The position numbers and the translations under genes were made by a program. From the NCBI GenBank assembly GCA_000025185.1, contig CP001848.1, positions 810,001 to 842,000 of the forward strand: 32,000 nt of DNA, written 5' to 3'. This document shows positions 17,217-26,287 of the stretch, piece by piece. The notes beneath the pieces were generated by a model that worked only from the letters and a program-made list of their open reading frames with translations, was not told where the DNA came from and made no database searches. Numbering within the stretch: the stretch's first letter is position 1; each line of letters begins with the position of its first letter. The DNA is from Pirellula staleyi DSM 6068 (GTDB lineage Bacteria > Planctomycetota > Planctomycetia > Pirellulales > Pirellulaceae).

Positions 17217-18548
17217 CTACGGGCGAGGAGAAGCGTCTACTTGGCTCGCTGTCATGTTGGCCTTCGTGAATTTGGTTAATTCATCGACCGACCAGAATCC
17301 ATCTTTGTCGAGATCAGTGGTTGCGAATATCCCCTGTTTATCAGCTGGAAGCTCGCTTTGCTCAATCTTTTGATCGCCATTTTTGTCGAGCGCCTCCAGC
17401 GTCAAGCGAACGAGCTGCGCCACCTCATCCTTCCCGAGAATCGCTTCGATCACCTGCACCGCCTGGGCGAGATTCGTCCCTCGATAGCGAACCACATGCG
17501 CCTCATCGAGCACAAAATAGGTCGGCAGCGACAAGGCCATCCATCGCTTTTGAAGCTTGCCGTCGCCATCCACCATGGTCGGCCAGTCGATCGATTGATC
17601 GGCAATGAACATTTTTAATGCCTTCTGATCTTCGTCGGCGCTAACTCCCAGCAGCTGAAACTTGCTCTCCTTATACTTCGCTTGCAACTGCTTCAGCTGC
17701 GGCACTGAACTGACACAAGGGGCGCACCATGTGGCCCAAAAATCGACCAGGACAACCTTGCCACGATAGTGACTGAGATCAACTTCCTTGTCACTCAACA
17801 GTTTTCCCGCTAGTCCGGTCGCGGTCCCTCCCAAGCGCAAGTGCTGCATCGAAAAGATGGCGCCGTCGGCCAGATCGCGAATGGACGCTCCACCAACGAC
17901 TCGCTCCCCATGCCGAGCTGCCAGCTCCTTGAATGCCGCGATCACTTCCCCCATCCACTTCCGATCGTCGAGCTGACGCAGCTGCTCGACAAGCGATTTT
18001 CCGAGACGCTCTTCATACACCCCCAGCCCGCCGGTTGAAGCCTTCATTTGATCCGACAAAACCAGCAGTTCGCGATCATGGAGCGCTTTGCTCAGCTCGA
18101 GCAGCACGCGCAGCTCCTGGGGCTGTTTTGCTCGCAGCAATCGGTCATAGAGCGAAGGTGTCCACTGGCGTGGCTGTTGGTTAAAGAGCCACTCGATCGT
18201 TCGCTCCGAGGTGCCGTGGTGCTCGGCAAGATACTCCGATGCCCGCAGCGATACAGCCGACGAGCGGGGAGAAGCGAGAACCCACTGCAGCACCGCTTCA
18301 GCCTCCTGGCTCTCGAGATCCTGCTCGGCCAAGCGCATTGCCTGCTCCGCTAATCGCTCCCGGGCCGACCAGTAGTCCTCCTGACTCTTGATTTGACGTT
18401 CCGCCTCCGCCAAGCGCCGCGCAGCTCCCGCAAGGGAATCACCCACCTCTTCCCCCCGCAGAGAACAGGTCGCGAGCGCCACCACGAGCACCAGCATCAC
18501 GCTCGCGACTAGACGTTTCCAGCAGGGCATAAAGCGTCCCTCCAGCAT
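17217..18548 (-). CDS. TlpA/ResA-like thiol-disulfide oxidoreductase with N-terminal helical region and C-terminal EF-hand pair
   Basis: VVLVDFWATWCAPCVSSVPQL (CxxC thioredoxin fold). EF-hand loops DKNGDQKIEQSEL and DLDKDGFWSVDEL. The start is placed at ATG 18548 (or 18530, MPCWKRL...) because the longer ORF overlaps the upstream gene. Confidence 0.85.
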   Translation of the reverse strand: MLEGRFMPCWKRLVASVMLVLVVALATCSLRGEEVGDSLAGAARRLAEAERQIKSQEDYWSARERLAEQAMRLAEQDLESQEAEAVLQWVLASPRSSAVSLRASEYLAEHHGTSERTIEWLFNQQPRQWTPSLYDRLLRAKQPQELRVLLELSKALHDRELLVLSDQMKASTGGLGVYEERLGKSLVEQLRQLDDRKWMGEVIAAFKELAARHGERVVGGASIRDLADGAIFSMQHLRLGGTATGLAGKLLSDKEVDLSHYRGKVVLVDFWATWCAPCVSSVPQLKQLQAKYKESKFQLLGVSADEDQKALKMFIADQSIDWPTMVDGDGKLQKRWMALSLPTYFVLDEAHVVRYRGTNLAQAVQVIEAILGKDEVAQLVRLTLEALDKNGDQKIEQSELPADKQGIFATTDLDKDGFWSVDELTKFTKANMTASQVDASPRP

Positions 18549-18636
18549 GGCCAAATACCTACCAAGAGCAACCCTCAAGCTATTCGCCGCAGAGGTGCCA
18601 GCCTTGGGGATCGCACCCCAAATAAAGTGCCCCCCT

Positions 18637-19011
18637 CTAAAGATCACGGGCGAGAAAATGAAACTTATAATCCTTGAGATCAATGGAGTCGAGCTTGTCC
18701 TCCACCACGCGCAGCACTTCGATTTTATGTTCCATGGATGCTTGTTGCTCTGGCGCTGCAGAACTGAGTGTCGACTGATACTCTTCGATCACCGCCCTTA
18801 TAGTCGCAAGCCCTGCCGCAGCGCGAAACCAGCGGGGACGATCACCAGCGGCCACGGTGTAATCTTGCAGCGAGGGGCGATCATACGGGTCGGCATCGCA
18901 GACCATGATGAACGCAAATTCTTCCGCGTCGATCCCTGCATTGGGATCGAAATCGAGCACACCCGCCACGCGAATGAAAAGACGTTCGGCTCTAAAATTC
19001 GCCATCAGCAA
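18637..19011 (-). CDS. hypothetical cytoplasmic protein
   Basis: 124-aa ORF with protein-like composition. No family recognised. Confidence 0.5.
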   Translation of the reverse strand: MLMANFRAERLFIRVAGVLDFDPNAGIDAEEFAFIMVCDADPYDRPSLQDYTVAAGDRPRWFRAAAGLATIRAVIEEYQSTLSSAAPEQQASMEHKIEVLRVVEDKLDSIDLKDYKFHFLARDL

Positions 19012-19037
19012 TCATCGCTTCACAAAGAACAGGCATC

Positions 19038-19469
19038 TCACTCGGCGGGAATTTCAGCTGCAGGGCTCTCGAACTTGAGAAACACCCATTGCTCGAATTC
19101 ATCGCTACGACGCGCATCGGCTGGCACGGAGAAAACTGGCACCCTGCGTGCAGTGCGCCACTCGTGACGAGCTTCGTCACGACCGGACCAACTCACGGAA
19201 GCACGAATGATATTCATGAGCGTGGTCTCATGCGTGGTGTGACTATGGGCAGGAAAAGTAACTGACACGACAACGGCGTTCTGGGGATCTTTCTCTAGCG
19301 CAAATTGGGCCTCGAGATTCTGCCCTCGACGTTCACTGATCCTGGCGCTCACGAGTTTCACGCGGCGATGATCCGCTATATCGCCGGTCTTCACCGTCGG
19401 AGTCGCGGGAGCCGCAGAGACAAGGCCAATCGCAACTGCGATAAACAGAAGTGTCACAATGGTTCGCAT
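19038..19469 (-). CDS. secreted hypothetical protein
   Basis: Signal-peptide-like MRTIVTLLFIAVAIGLVSAAPA. No family recognised. Confidence 0.6.
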   Translation of the reverse strand: MRTIVTLLFIAVAIGLVSAAPATPTVKTGDIADHRRVKLVSARISERRGQNLEAQFALEKDPQNAVVVSVTFPAHSHTTHETTLMNIIRASVSWSGRDEARHEWRTARRVPVFSVPADARRSDEFEQWVFLKFESPAAEIPAE

Positions 19470-19521
19470 GTATCACCCCGCTGGCTGAACAAAACCGCAA
19501 TGCTGCCACATCCGAATTACT

Positions 19522-19543
19522 GGCAGGCAGGAGCCTGCCCTAC
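19522..19543 (-). repeat. GTAGG-headed REP-like unit (inverted copy of 12808-12829)
   Basis: The minus strand reads GTAGGGCAGGCTCCTGCCTGCC. Confidence 0.75.
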
Positions 19544-19711
19544 GGGACTTGAATCAATGCTGTCGATTGCCGTTGGCGGTATGATTGGGGCACATCAGCT
19601 TCCATGGGCTAACGCTTGAGTTCACCCGCCACCTGATTGACTTTCCATCACGCTAGGCCTTGCGGCGGTCGGGTGCAACGACTTATTCGGCGTTTTTTGA
19701 GAAGTTGCATC

Positions 19712-20209
19712 TTATGCTGTTCTTAGACGATGTTTTGGGCAATACGGATGCAGGGATTCCCCTTTTGCATCGAAAAAGCCTGCCTGATAGACGTGAATCA
19801 GGCCCTCGGTTAACTGAGCAAGCTGTCCACAAATCTGTTCACAAATACGGGCAAGTCTCGCTTGGCCCAATGAGCCCATGATCGGCGTGATCGTAATCGA
19901 TTGACACGTTTGGCGTAAATGCTCGATGACACTCTCGCCATTTGGTCCATTCCACGATCGCAGCTCTGCATCCCAACCTGCTCGATCCCAGTTGTAAAAC
20001 TCGTCGCCGGATACAAGTCGACCGACAAGAATCGCCGGGGCCGATTCATGCAAAAAACGCAAACCGCCATCTTGCCATCCACCGCGCTGCAGCAGTTGGC
20101 CGTCGTACGTTAACCCGGACACGCGAGGCCGGACACAATTCAGAAGTGCAGTTGGAGACGGAATTACGTCCAGTTTGCCGTGCACTACGTACCAATGCCG
20201 AATTTTCAC
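19712..20209 (-). CDS. hypothetical protein (island ORF 1)
   Basis: 165-aa ORF. No family recognised. Confidence 0.55.
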   Translation of the reverse strand: MKIRHWYVVHGKLDVIPSPTALLNCVRPRVSGLTYDGQLLQRGGWQDGGLRFLHESAPAILVGRLVSGDEFYNWDRAGWDAELRSWNGPNGESVIEHLRQTCQSITITPIMGSLGQARLARICEQICGQLAQLTEGLIHVYQAGFFDAKGESLHPYCPKHRLRTA

Positions 20210-20325
20210 ACCGACATCCTCCGTCTATTTGCCGAACGTAATGCCGATCAGTGGCCGAGCCGGCACGCGCCAACTCTCGAACCACAAGAAGCTTACCCGC
20301 CGGCTCGGTCCACTGCATCGGCGGG

Positions 20326-20700
20326 TTATGTTGTGCCGCCAGTGGGCCGCTCTTCAAAAAGCTTTGCCATGCGGTCCCAATACTCACTGCCTTCACCGCC
20401 GCACCTGCAATGGAAATTCGGGTCTTCAGTGAAGCCGTGCGGACCCCAACCTTCGCCTACAAAAGTCGGACACGCGAAGTGCTCAAAGACTGTTTCGAGG
20501 TGATGGCGCGACTTCGCGTTGGCGCAAAGTCCCCAGTCAGAGTTGAACGGTGCGAAGAACGAGCATCCGCCGCATTGCTTCTCGCCGTTCTCGCAAGCGA
20601 TCCGAAGCGCGGGTTCGTCAAGCCACTTTGACGCGTAGAGGTTCCGGCTCGCGTCGTTCGACCAAGTGTTGGTGATGATGATGTTGACGTTCATTGGCAC
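20326..20700 (-). CDS. Cys/His-rich hypothetical protein (island ORF 2)
   Basis: 124 aa. CGGCSFF...C...HH...H..C and HCRCGG suggest metal binding. No family recognised. Confidence 0.6.
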   Translation of the reverse strand: MPMNVNIIITNTWSNDASRNLYASKWLDEPALRIACENGEKQCGGCSFFAPFNSDWGLCANAKSRHHLETVFEHFACPTFVGEGWGPHGFTEDPNFHCRCGGEGSEYWDRMAKLFEERPTGGTT

Positions 20701-20741
20701 AACACAACAAAAGATAGACAGAATTCTGCATATTCAGTCGC

Positions 20742-20911
20742 ATTATTGATTCTGCATATTTCTGGCAGTCAATGTCAACAAAATACCTGGAGGGGATATT
20801 TATTGAGGAGGAGGCGGGAGCGGAGAGGCGCATGAAAAAGCCGTGCGGGACGTTTGGGGGTGTCGCGCACGGCGGGGCTTGGTTGTGTCTGGTATGGGGC
20901 AGCTGACCTAC
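20742..20911 (-). repeat. junction module copy A
   Basis: Minus strand reads GTAGGTCAGCTGCCCC..., then the terminator hairpin-TTTTTCATGCGCC, then GTATTTTGTTGACA (box at 20773-20786), then CAGAATCAATAAT. Homologous to 22248-22388, 25646-25775, 26288-26453 and 27661-27799. Confidence 0.85.
20835..20873 (-). terminator. rho-independent terminator downstream of the lipoprotein gene
   Basis: Minus strand: GCCGTGCGCGAC-loop-GTCCCGCACGGC (12-bp stem, one mismatch) followed by TTTTT. Confidence 0.75.
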
Positions 20912-20997
20912 ATCATGGGAGGCGGGCGGGAGCCTGCGTTATGGAACTCGATTGGCATCCGCAGCGGCTGATGACTCCAATGCTTGGCAGGTTCGGC

Positions 20998-21342
20998 CTA
21001 TCGCTTGGTCCCGTTCACAAAAGTCTCTCCGGATGACTTAACGACGATTCTGTCGCCGGGCTTTAACTCCCCACCATCGGCGCCGTCGATTGTCAGTTTC
21101 CCATTTTCGATCCGGAGGTGATGAGTTTTACCCCAGCTGAAGTCGTAGAACTCTTCTGTCACCACCTTACCTTCGCCGCGGGAATTGGAGTGCAGCGACG
21201 CGCCGCCCTGCGTGTTTTCAATCTCCACGAAATATCGACCACCGTCCAAATCGTACTTCGCGTAACTCGGCAGCGAAGTGGATGGACCACAACCCGTCGC
21301 CAAGAGGCACAAAAACAGACTTACCGATTTCACACGACCCAT
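20998..21342 (-). CDS. small lipoprotein (island ORF 3)
   Basis: MGRVKSVSLFLCLLATGCG lipobox. The start is placed at the internal ATG 21342 rather than 21372. Confidence 0.65.
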   Translation of the reverse strand: MGRVKSVSLFLCLLATGCGPSTSLPSYAKYDLDGGRYFVEIENTQGGASLHSNSRGEGKVVTEEFYDFSWGKTHHLRIENGKLTIDGADGGELKPGDRIVVKSSGETFVNGTKR

Positions 21343-21453
21343 CACGCAATCCTTATTGAGGCCCAAAGTCAACCATCACCCGGCACGCGCGAGCAAGGCC
21401 ACCCTGTGAAACATGCCCGATCACTTGCTCGGGCGTAGGGCTTGGTTATTCAG

Positions 21454-22164
21454 TCAGTTCGAATTGTGCAGGTCTTTGAACCAGAACGAGATTGCCCTTT
21501 CATTCAGCCCGCAATCGGGCTTGTAGTGACGGAGTGGATGCGACGAATCCTTGGCGTAGAAATGCGATGGCATCACGGACTCACGAATATCGTAGGTGAC
21601 CCAACCATCAAAATAGGACGCTGCGTCCAGCTGAAAGATTCCGGCAATCGCCAGTGCTCCTAGGAAATCCTCGCGTTCAAACTTATTGCTTGGGAACAGT
21701 CCTTGAATAAGCTTTTGCAACTCACCTAGTTTGGCTCCATTGCGGTTTTGGAGTCGATTCAGCGTTTCAGTAAGCATACCGAAATCTTCATCCTTGGGGA
21801 CTGGTTTTTCAGTACTAGCAAACTGCTGGAGCGTGGTTAGGGATGTTTCCAGATAGTATGCACGTCCAAGATTGCCAACCAGGAGCCTCCCGCTGACCTT
21901 GGTCTTTGACGGTGATGGTAGACCGCAAATGAAGCAACTAGCGTCCGGACCAGCCTGAAACACCTGCGTAGGTGCGTACTCATGACGCGGCAGCTGACGG
22001 CAGACCGCGTATGCCGGAAGCACGCCGCGCCAATCAAGCCTCCGGCTCGAAAGGCTGGCAATAAATGCACGCGCGACGTCTATGCGATCCAATGCTTCAG
22101 CGGCATCAACACACGCGTCAACCAATTCATTATGCGTCATTGATCGAGCACTGGAGTCGTTCAC
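21454..22164 (-). CDS. hypothetical protein (island ORF 4)
   Basis: 236-aa ORF. No family recognised. Confidence 0.6.
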   Translation of the reverse strand: MNDSSARSMTHNELVDACVDAAEALDRIDVARAFIASLSSRRLDWRGVLPAYAVCRQLPRHEYAPTQVFQAGPDASCFICGLPSPSKTKVSGRLLVGNLGRAYYLETSLTTLQQFASTEKPVPKDEDFGMLTETLNRLQNRNGAKLGELQKLIQGLFPSNKFEREDFLGALAIAGIFQLDAASYFDGWVTYDIRESVMPSHFYAKDSSHPLRHYKPDCGLNERAISFWFKDLHNSN

Positions 22165-22247
22165 GCTATAAACTCAGCCTGGATAACCAATCGTAGACGA
22201 AAACCTGCCTGATCCACGCCCATAAGTATTTGGCAGATCACCGAGGA

Positions 22248-22388
22248 TGTCAATTGATTCTGTTCTTGGCGCAGGTTGATGGAGCCAAGGAGCGGATTTG
22301 CTCGGCACATGAAAAAGCCGTGCGGGACAATAGGAGGCGTCGCACACGGCGGGGATGGTTGTTGGTAGGTTCGGGGCAGCTGACCTAC
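22248..22388 (-). repeat. junction module copy B (promoter-distal part rearranged)
   Basis: TGTCAATTGATTCTG...GGCACATGAAAAAGCCGTGCGGGAC...GTCGCACACGGCGGGGATGGTTGTTGGTAGGTTCGGGGCAGCTGACCTAC. Confidence 0.85.
22312..22350 (-). terminator. rho-independent terminator (module B)
   Basis: Same hairpin as module A, with one C-to-T change that gives a G-U pair. Followed by TTTTT on the minus strand. Confidence 0.7.
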
Positions 22389-22551
22389 TCAACTGACCGC
22401 TGATGCGACGCTCCTCGCTGGCAAATCGCCGCGCAGCTCCCTCCAGCGAAGCATCCAACCCCTGCCCCCACAACGGACAACTCACCAGCACCGCCCAAAC
22501 CACCAGGACAACGGTCGCAACCCACTTCTCCCAGAATGACATTAGCGACAA
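22389..22551 (-). pseudogene. 5' fragment of a paralog of the TlpA-like gene, truncated at the repeat boundary
   Basis: Translation WEKWVATVVLVVWAVLVSCPLWGQGLDASLEGAARRFASEERRISGQ aligns with WKRLVASVMLVLVVALATCSLRGEEVGDSLAGAARRLAEAERQIKSQ of 17217-18548. The two share the DNA string CGCCGCGCAGCTCCC. Similarity stops exactly at the GTAGGTCAG repeat end (22388). Confidence 0.55.
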
Positions 22552-22586
22552 TGCCTCCTAAAGGCCAAGCGACACAGCAAGTTGAA

Positions 22587-23303
22587 CTAACTCCGATCGA
22601 TCGCACTCCAACAACGACTGTTCAAGTTCGATTCAAAATAGGAGTCGATCACTTCCAACAGCGAACCTATCTCACAGAACGCTCCGTCTTCATGGCAAAA
22701 CGAAAACACCTTACTTCCTTCGGCCTTTCGGCGACGACCTTCAGCAAGCAGGTAGTCACCTGTATCCGTTCGGTAAAATGCCAGAGCATCTGCTAATTCA
22801 AGCGGCGATTCATCGTCTACCAAATCGAACGACCCAGCGTTGAAGTCCAAATCCCGCGATCGTACAAACTGGGAGGTGAGCAACGCATCATGGCTCTCTA
22901 GAATCCCATCCGTCGCGCGATAGACTTCGCTCAGGGGATAGGGGAGCAAATCAGCCCCGCCACCTGTTGGCAATCGAAAATTTCGCTGCCGCTTCACCTT
23001 GCCAGCGACGCCGCAAATCGTCACCTCTGCTTGTACTCGGCCAGCGAACTCTGCTCGATGCACGGTCAGTCCAAATCTGCCATCGTCGCACATCGCCCTG
23101 AGCCAACGTTGAAGTGAGTCTAGCTTGACGCTATCCGCAAGCTTGGCGATATAACTGGCCGGATCGGTGAGACATTCCCTATATCGCTCATCAACCAAAC
23201 TCTGAAACGGCTCTGGAATCGCAGCCACATCAATACCAGGAGGCACGAAAAGAGATTCGTCGCCATTAGCGTTGCGGAAAGTCTTGCAGCTGGGTTGGTT
23301 CAT
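22587..23303 (-). CDS. hypothetical protein with SUKH/SMI1-KNR4-like C-terminal half (island ORF 5)
   Basis: LPYPLSEVYRATDGI ... FYRTDTGDYLLAE ... KVFSFCHEDGAF ... LLEVIDSYF resembles SUKH motifs. Unverified without a profile search. Confidence 0.6.
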   Translation of the reverse strand: MNQPSCKTFRNANGDESLFVPPGIDVAAIPEPFQSLVDERYRECLTDPASYIAKLADSVKLDSLQRWLRAMCDDGRFGLTVHRAEFAGRVQAEVTICGVAGKVKRQRNFRLPTGGGADLLPYPLSEVYRATDGILESHDALLTSQFVRSRDLDFNAGSFDLVDDESPLELADALAFYRTDTGDYLLAEGRRRKAEGSKVFSFCHEDGAFCEIGSLLEVIDSYFESNLNSRCWSAIDRS

Positions 23304-23408
23304 TTCAGATACCAGATCACATTATTCGACCGATCTCTACATCTACCACTTCACCAATCGTTCTATATCCCCAACCCAGCGATATCAACAACTGGCAATC
23401 AACGACAG

Positions 23409-23807
23409 CTACCTTGAGTCGAATATCCACTGGCGGCAAGCTGCGACGCAGGCAGGACAGACGATCGTCCAAAACCCCTGGCCAAAAGGAAATTGTTCCT
23501 CGCGAACTGGACCGAAAGATAGAAAGCCGTTACCGGGAATCGCCTGACCATCTTCCAGCGGCAAATGGTGGACATCGCACCAAAGAAGTGCGTCCTGGAT
23601 TGGGCCTAAGTCTTGAGGCACTCCCGCGTACTGTTGGCTGAATTGATCCCAAAGCTGCTTCTGCCAGAAGCGGAGATCCGCGCGACGTTGCCGGTACGAA
23701 AGGGATGACTCTGACTGTTTATCAGCGCGCAACTGCAATGCAAAACGCCGGGCCTTGGTTGGTCCAGCATAGTCCCTAAACAAAGTGCGAAGTTCTTCTG
23801 CGGTCAT
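23409..23807 (-). CDS. hypothetical protein (island ORF 6)
   Basis: 132-aa ORF. No family recognised. Confidence 0.55.
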   Translation of the reverse strand: MTAEELRTLFRDYAGPTKARRFALQLRADKQSESSLSYRQRRADLRFWQKQLWDQFSQQYAGVPQDLGPIQDALLWCDVHHLPLEDGQAIPGNGFLSFGPVREEQFPFGQGFWTIVCPACVAACRQWIFDSR

Positions 23808-23904
23808 ATTGGGTAGGTGAAGTTGGCATTACCGAGTGAAACGCGTCAACCCGGCCATTTCCGGGTCGCGTTCAACCGTAAGTTATCGGGTGTTGTTTCG
23901 CAGC

Positions 23905-24633
23905 CTACGCAGTGGCAGTGGCAACTTCGCCGGAGTCGCAGTCGAGCACGATGACTCCTTCCTCCTTATCGTCAAGCTGTGCCACCATATTCCCAGCCCG
24001 ATCCCAAACGGCCGAACCCCCTGCGCATTCCGCCCCATCGAGCAGACCAAGGCAATTCGAGAGGAGTGTCGGCATACTCAATTCAGTGGCGATTTGCGAA
24101 AGCCTGTGGCTGGCTTGCTTCACGCCTTCAGCCGTTTTCGCTGCACTGGCCACATAAACTGTGGCACCTGCTTGATGCGCCCCAGTCGCATGCTGTGGCA
24201 CCGACAGTTCAAAACAAATTGCCAGTTCTACCGGTGGCTCGTCCAGCAGGAGACTCGGCGAACCTCTTCCAGGCTGAAAGAAAGGAACCTCGTCGGGATG
24301 GAGATAGCTCTTGGAATACACGAGAGGCGGGAGGACTGGGCGAAATAGAAAGGTTGAGATACAAGGGAGGTCTCCGGTGTCGAGCGGAGCCCCGACGCCA
24401 AGAGAGATACCGCTTGCATTGCAGATCGCCTGCAGAGGCTGCAAGCGCGTGTCGCTCGGCAAACACGCGAATTCGCCAGCCAGTTTGGGTTCATACCCGG
24501 TGAGCGACAGCTCGGGAAAGATGACGAGCTGAGCACCCAGACTTGCGGCAGCTGCTGTCAAAGCAAGATGTCGATCGATATTGCGCCCCACCGCCCCGAC
24601 AACAGGCCTCAATTGCACAACGGCCAGCTTCAC
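23905..24633 (-). CDS. carbon-nitrogen hydrolase (nitrilase superfamily) (island ORF 7)
   Basis: MKLAVVQLRPVVG...; candidate E-K-C triad contexts LVIFPELSLTGY, YSKSYLHPDE, LAICFELS. Confidence 0.85.
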   Translation of the reverse strand: MKLAVVQLRPVVGAVGRNIDRHLALTAAAASLGAQLVIFPELSLTGYEPKLAGEFACLPSDTRLQPLQAICNASGISLGVGAPLDTGDLPCISTFLFRPVLPPLVYSKSYLHPDEVPFFQPGRGSPSLLLDEPPVELAICFELSVPQHATGAHQAGATVYVASAAKTAEGVKQASHRLSQIATELSMPTLLSNCLGLLDGAECAGGSAVWDRAGNMVAQLDDKEEGVIVLDCDSGEVATATA

Positions 24634-24681
24634 AGTTCACCTAATTCCTGGCGGCAGAACGGATCGACGTTCAGCGATTGG

Positions 24682-25089
24682 TTATACGACTGGCCGCGCC
24701 CCCGTGAAAAGCCCCTTCAGCTTCTCAAGCTGTTGCACAAGACCAGTGACAGGCAGATCGCCCCCGAAGCAGGCAAGCGACGATTGGAGGTTGGTTGCAA
24801 GGTAGTTCAGTGGCACAGCATCGCCAAACGATTCGATTCGCACACGAGCACCTTCCAGCAGTTTCAGAAACGCACTCTCACGGGCCTGATCGCCGTCGAA
24901 GTACGCATCAAAATCCTTACCGATATAGACACCTGGTCCGACCCAGTCCCATCCGCAAGCGAATGCTGCAAGCTCGGAATTGTCGCAGGCCTCAGCCTCT
25001 GAAAGCAAGAAGTGACGGATTACCCACAAATCCATGTCGTGGATTATCGCATGACGGTCGCGGTACTTAATGATTTCGTGGCCCACCAC
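24682..25089 (-). CDS. hypothetical protein (island ORF 8)
   Basis: 135-aa ORF. No family recognised. Confidence 0.55.
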   Translation of the reverse strand: MVGHEIIKYRDRHAIIHDMDLWVIRHFLLSEAEACDNSELAAFACGWDWVGPGVYIGKDFDAYFDGDQARESAFLKLLEGARVRIESFGDAVPLNYLATNLQSSLACFGGDLPVTGLVQQLEKLKGLFTGARPVV

Positions 25090-25181
25090 CCCTCCAGCCT
25101 AATAACGAAACAACTTCACCCGCGAAGCCGATCACTTTGCAAACACCCAACATCACTGCCATGGTCTCATGCAACGACTTA

Positions 25182-25604
25182 CTAGATGGCTCGATTGCGA
25201 GTTTCGTCTCGATGGAGGTTTGCCAAACGAACGATACTGGATATTACGCCTTCGTAGTTCGCTCGACTGAACGCAAACTCTGCTGAAGGCGCGATGCTGG
25301 AGCGACTATCCGAAAAGTCCTTGAAAGATACGTGATCGGCAGCATAAATCACGCGACATTTTGCGTGGCCACATCCATATTCTCCACACTTACATACCGC
25401 GATCAACCGTATGTCGGCTTCGACTGGAATCTCGCCAGGATAGGGTGGAATAGTCGGCAGATCGGCATCGATGTATCGCTGAGGAATAAATGTCCCTGGC
25501 GCGACGACGAGTTCTCCAAGAGGTCGCTCGTCAACCTGAAGTTCAAATGCCACATCACCACAATCATCCACGACTCGAAAGCTAAGTCGATTCAATATTG
25601 TCAC
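25182..25604 (-). CDS. hypothetical protein with CKCGEYGCGH motif (island ORF 9)
   Basis: The listed ORF 25182-25967 runs through junction module E. It is trimmed here to GTG 25604 (VTILNRLSF...). The start is uncertain. Confidence 0.45.
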   Translation of the reverse strand: MTILNRLSFRVVDDCGDVAFELQVDERPLGELVVAPGTFIPQRYIDADLPTIPPYPGEIPVEADIRLIAVCKCGEYGCGHAKCRVIYAADHVSFKDFSDSRSSIAPSAEFAFSRANYEGVISSIVRLANLHRDETRNRAI

Positions 25605-25645
25605 CCAACAAATAATTGGCAGAGTTCTATAGATCCCACTGCAAT

Positions 25646-25775
25646 ATTGATTCTGCAGATTGCAGAGGGCTGTCAACAAAATACCTTCTTGGGCAGCTTT
25701 GTTTCCCAAAAATACAGGATTGCACAGCACATGAAAGATCCGTGCGCGACGAATGCGTATTGTGAAGCGCGGCAG
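25646..25775 (-). repeat. junction module copy E (degenerate hairpin)
   Basis: ATTGATTCTGCAG...TGTCAACAAAATAC (25671-25684)...GATTGCACAGCACATGAAAGATCCGTGCGCGAC aligns with module C. The terminator stem is partly eroded. Confidence 0.75.
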
Positions 25776-25827
25776 GAATTGGCTCTTGTCGGTAAGGGGG
25801 GACTTACATCCAGAGCTTGGGCGTGTG

Positions 25828-26229
25828 TCAATCGTCCGTAATGATCGTTCCCTTCTCCCAGAACTCCTCGAGCTTCCGCCAGTACCGCAACGAGACGGGG
25901 CGTAGAAATTCAAGGAACTGGTCTGGCTTGGTTTGGGAATGCAGGGATGTGTTCTGAAGACTTTCAAGGATTCCTGTCGTTGCCGCTTCGCGAACGTACT
26001 TATCGCCCTCGATATGCAAGCGTTCGATCATTTCAAATGCTGCTTGGAGCCGTAGTCGGTCCGCCGTTTCAAGTAGTGAAATCACATATTGAGCGAAACC
26101 ACCGAGTGCAAGGTAGTAGGGTATTTCCGATTCGTCTTTCCACTCGGCGACGAATGCGTCATAGTCCGCCGCAAATGCCGGGCACGATGAAACAATGGCC
26201 TGCATCATCTCTGCTCGGTCGATCATCAC
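25828..26229 (-). CDS. all-helical hypothetical protein, immunity-protein-like (island ORF 10)
   Basis: 133 aa. ...EIPYYLALGGFAQYVISLL...IEGDKYVREAATTGILESLQN resembles small helical-repeat proteins seen in immunity gene arrays. This is from memory and is not verified. Confidence 0.6.
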   Translation of the reverse strand: MMIDRAEMMQAIVSSCPAFAADYDAFVAEWKDESEIPYYLALGGFAQYVISLLETADRLRLQAAFEMIERLHIEGDKYVREAATTGILESLQNTSLHSQTKPDQFLEFLRPVSLRYWRKLEEFWEKGTIITDD

Positions 26230-26287
26230 GCTTCCGCCGCCCTACACCAAACAACAACTAGAAACACAAGCCTACCCATTCCACCGC

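Noticed and set aside
16109-17373. 202-aa and 224-aa plus-strand ORFs
   Set aside because: They are antisense to the recognisable DUF2200 and DUF1428 genes, and the 5' end of one runs through REP-like repeats.
20832-20906. Mini-ORF MKKPCGT(I/F)GG... starting at the ATG inside each junction module (also at 22309, 26376, 27721)
   Set aside because: A 1-nt loop-length difference between copies shifts the frame, so the downstream peptide is not conserved (VAHGG... versus SSRTAG...). There is no RBS. Conservation is explained by the terminator hairpin on the opposite strand.
22174-22551. 125-aa ORF as an intact gene
   Set aside because: Only the first ~50 codons look like protein (TlpA-paralog fragment). 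The remainder is a read-through of junction module B, including its terminator.
25605-25967. N-terminal 121 codons of the listed 261-aa ORF 25182-25967
   Set aside because: This part overlaps junction module E and the 3' end of the neighbouring gene 25828-26229. The translation is Arg/Ser-rich and unlike the downstream portion.
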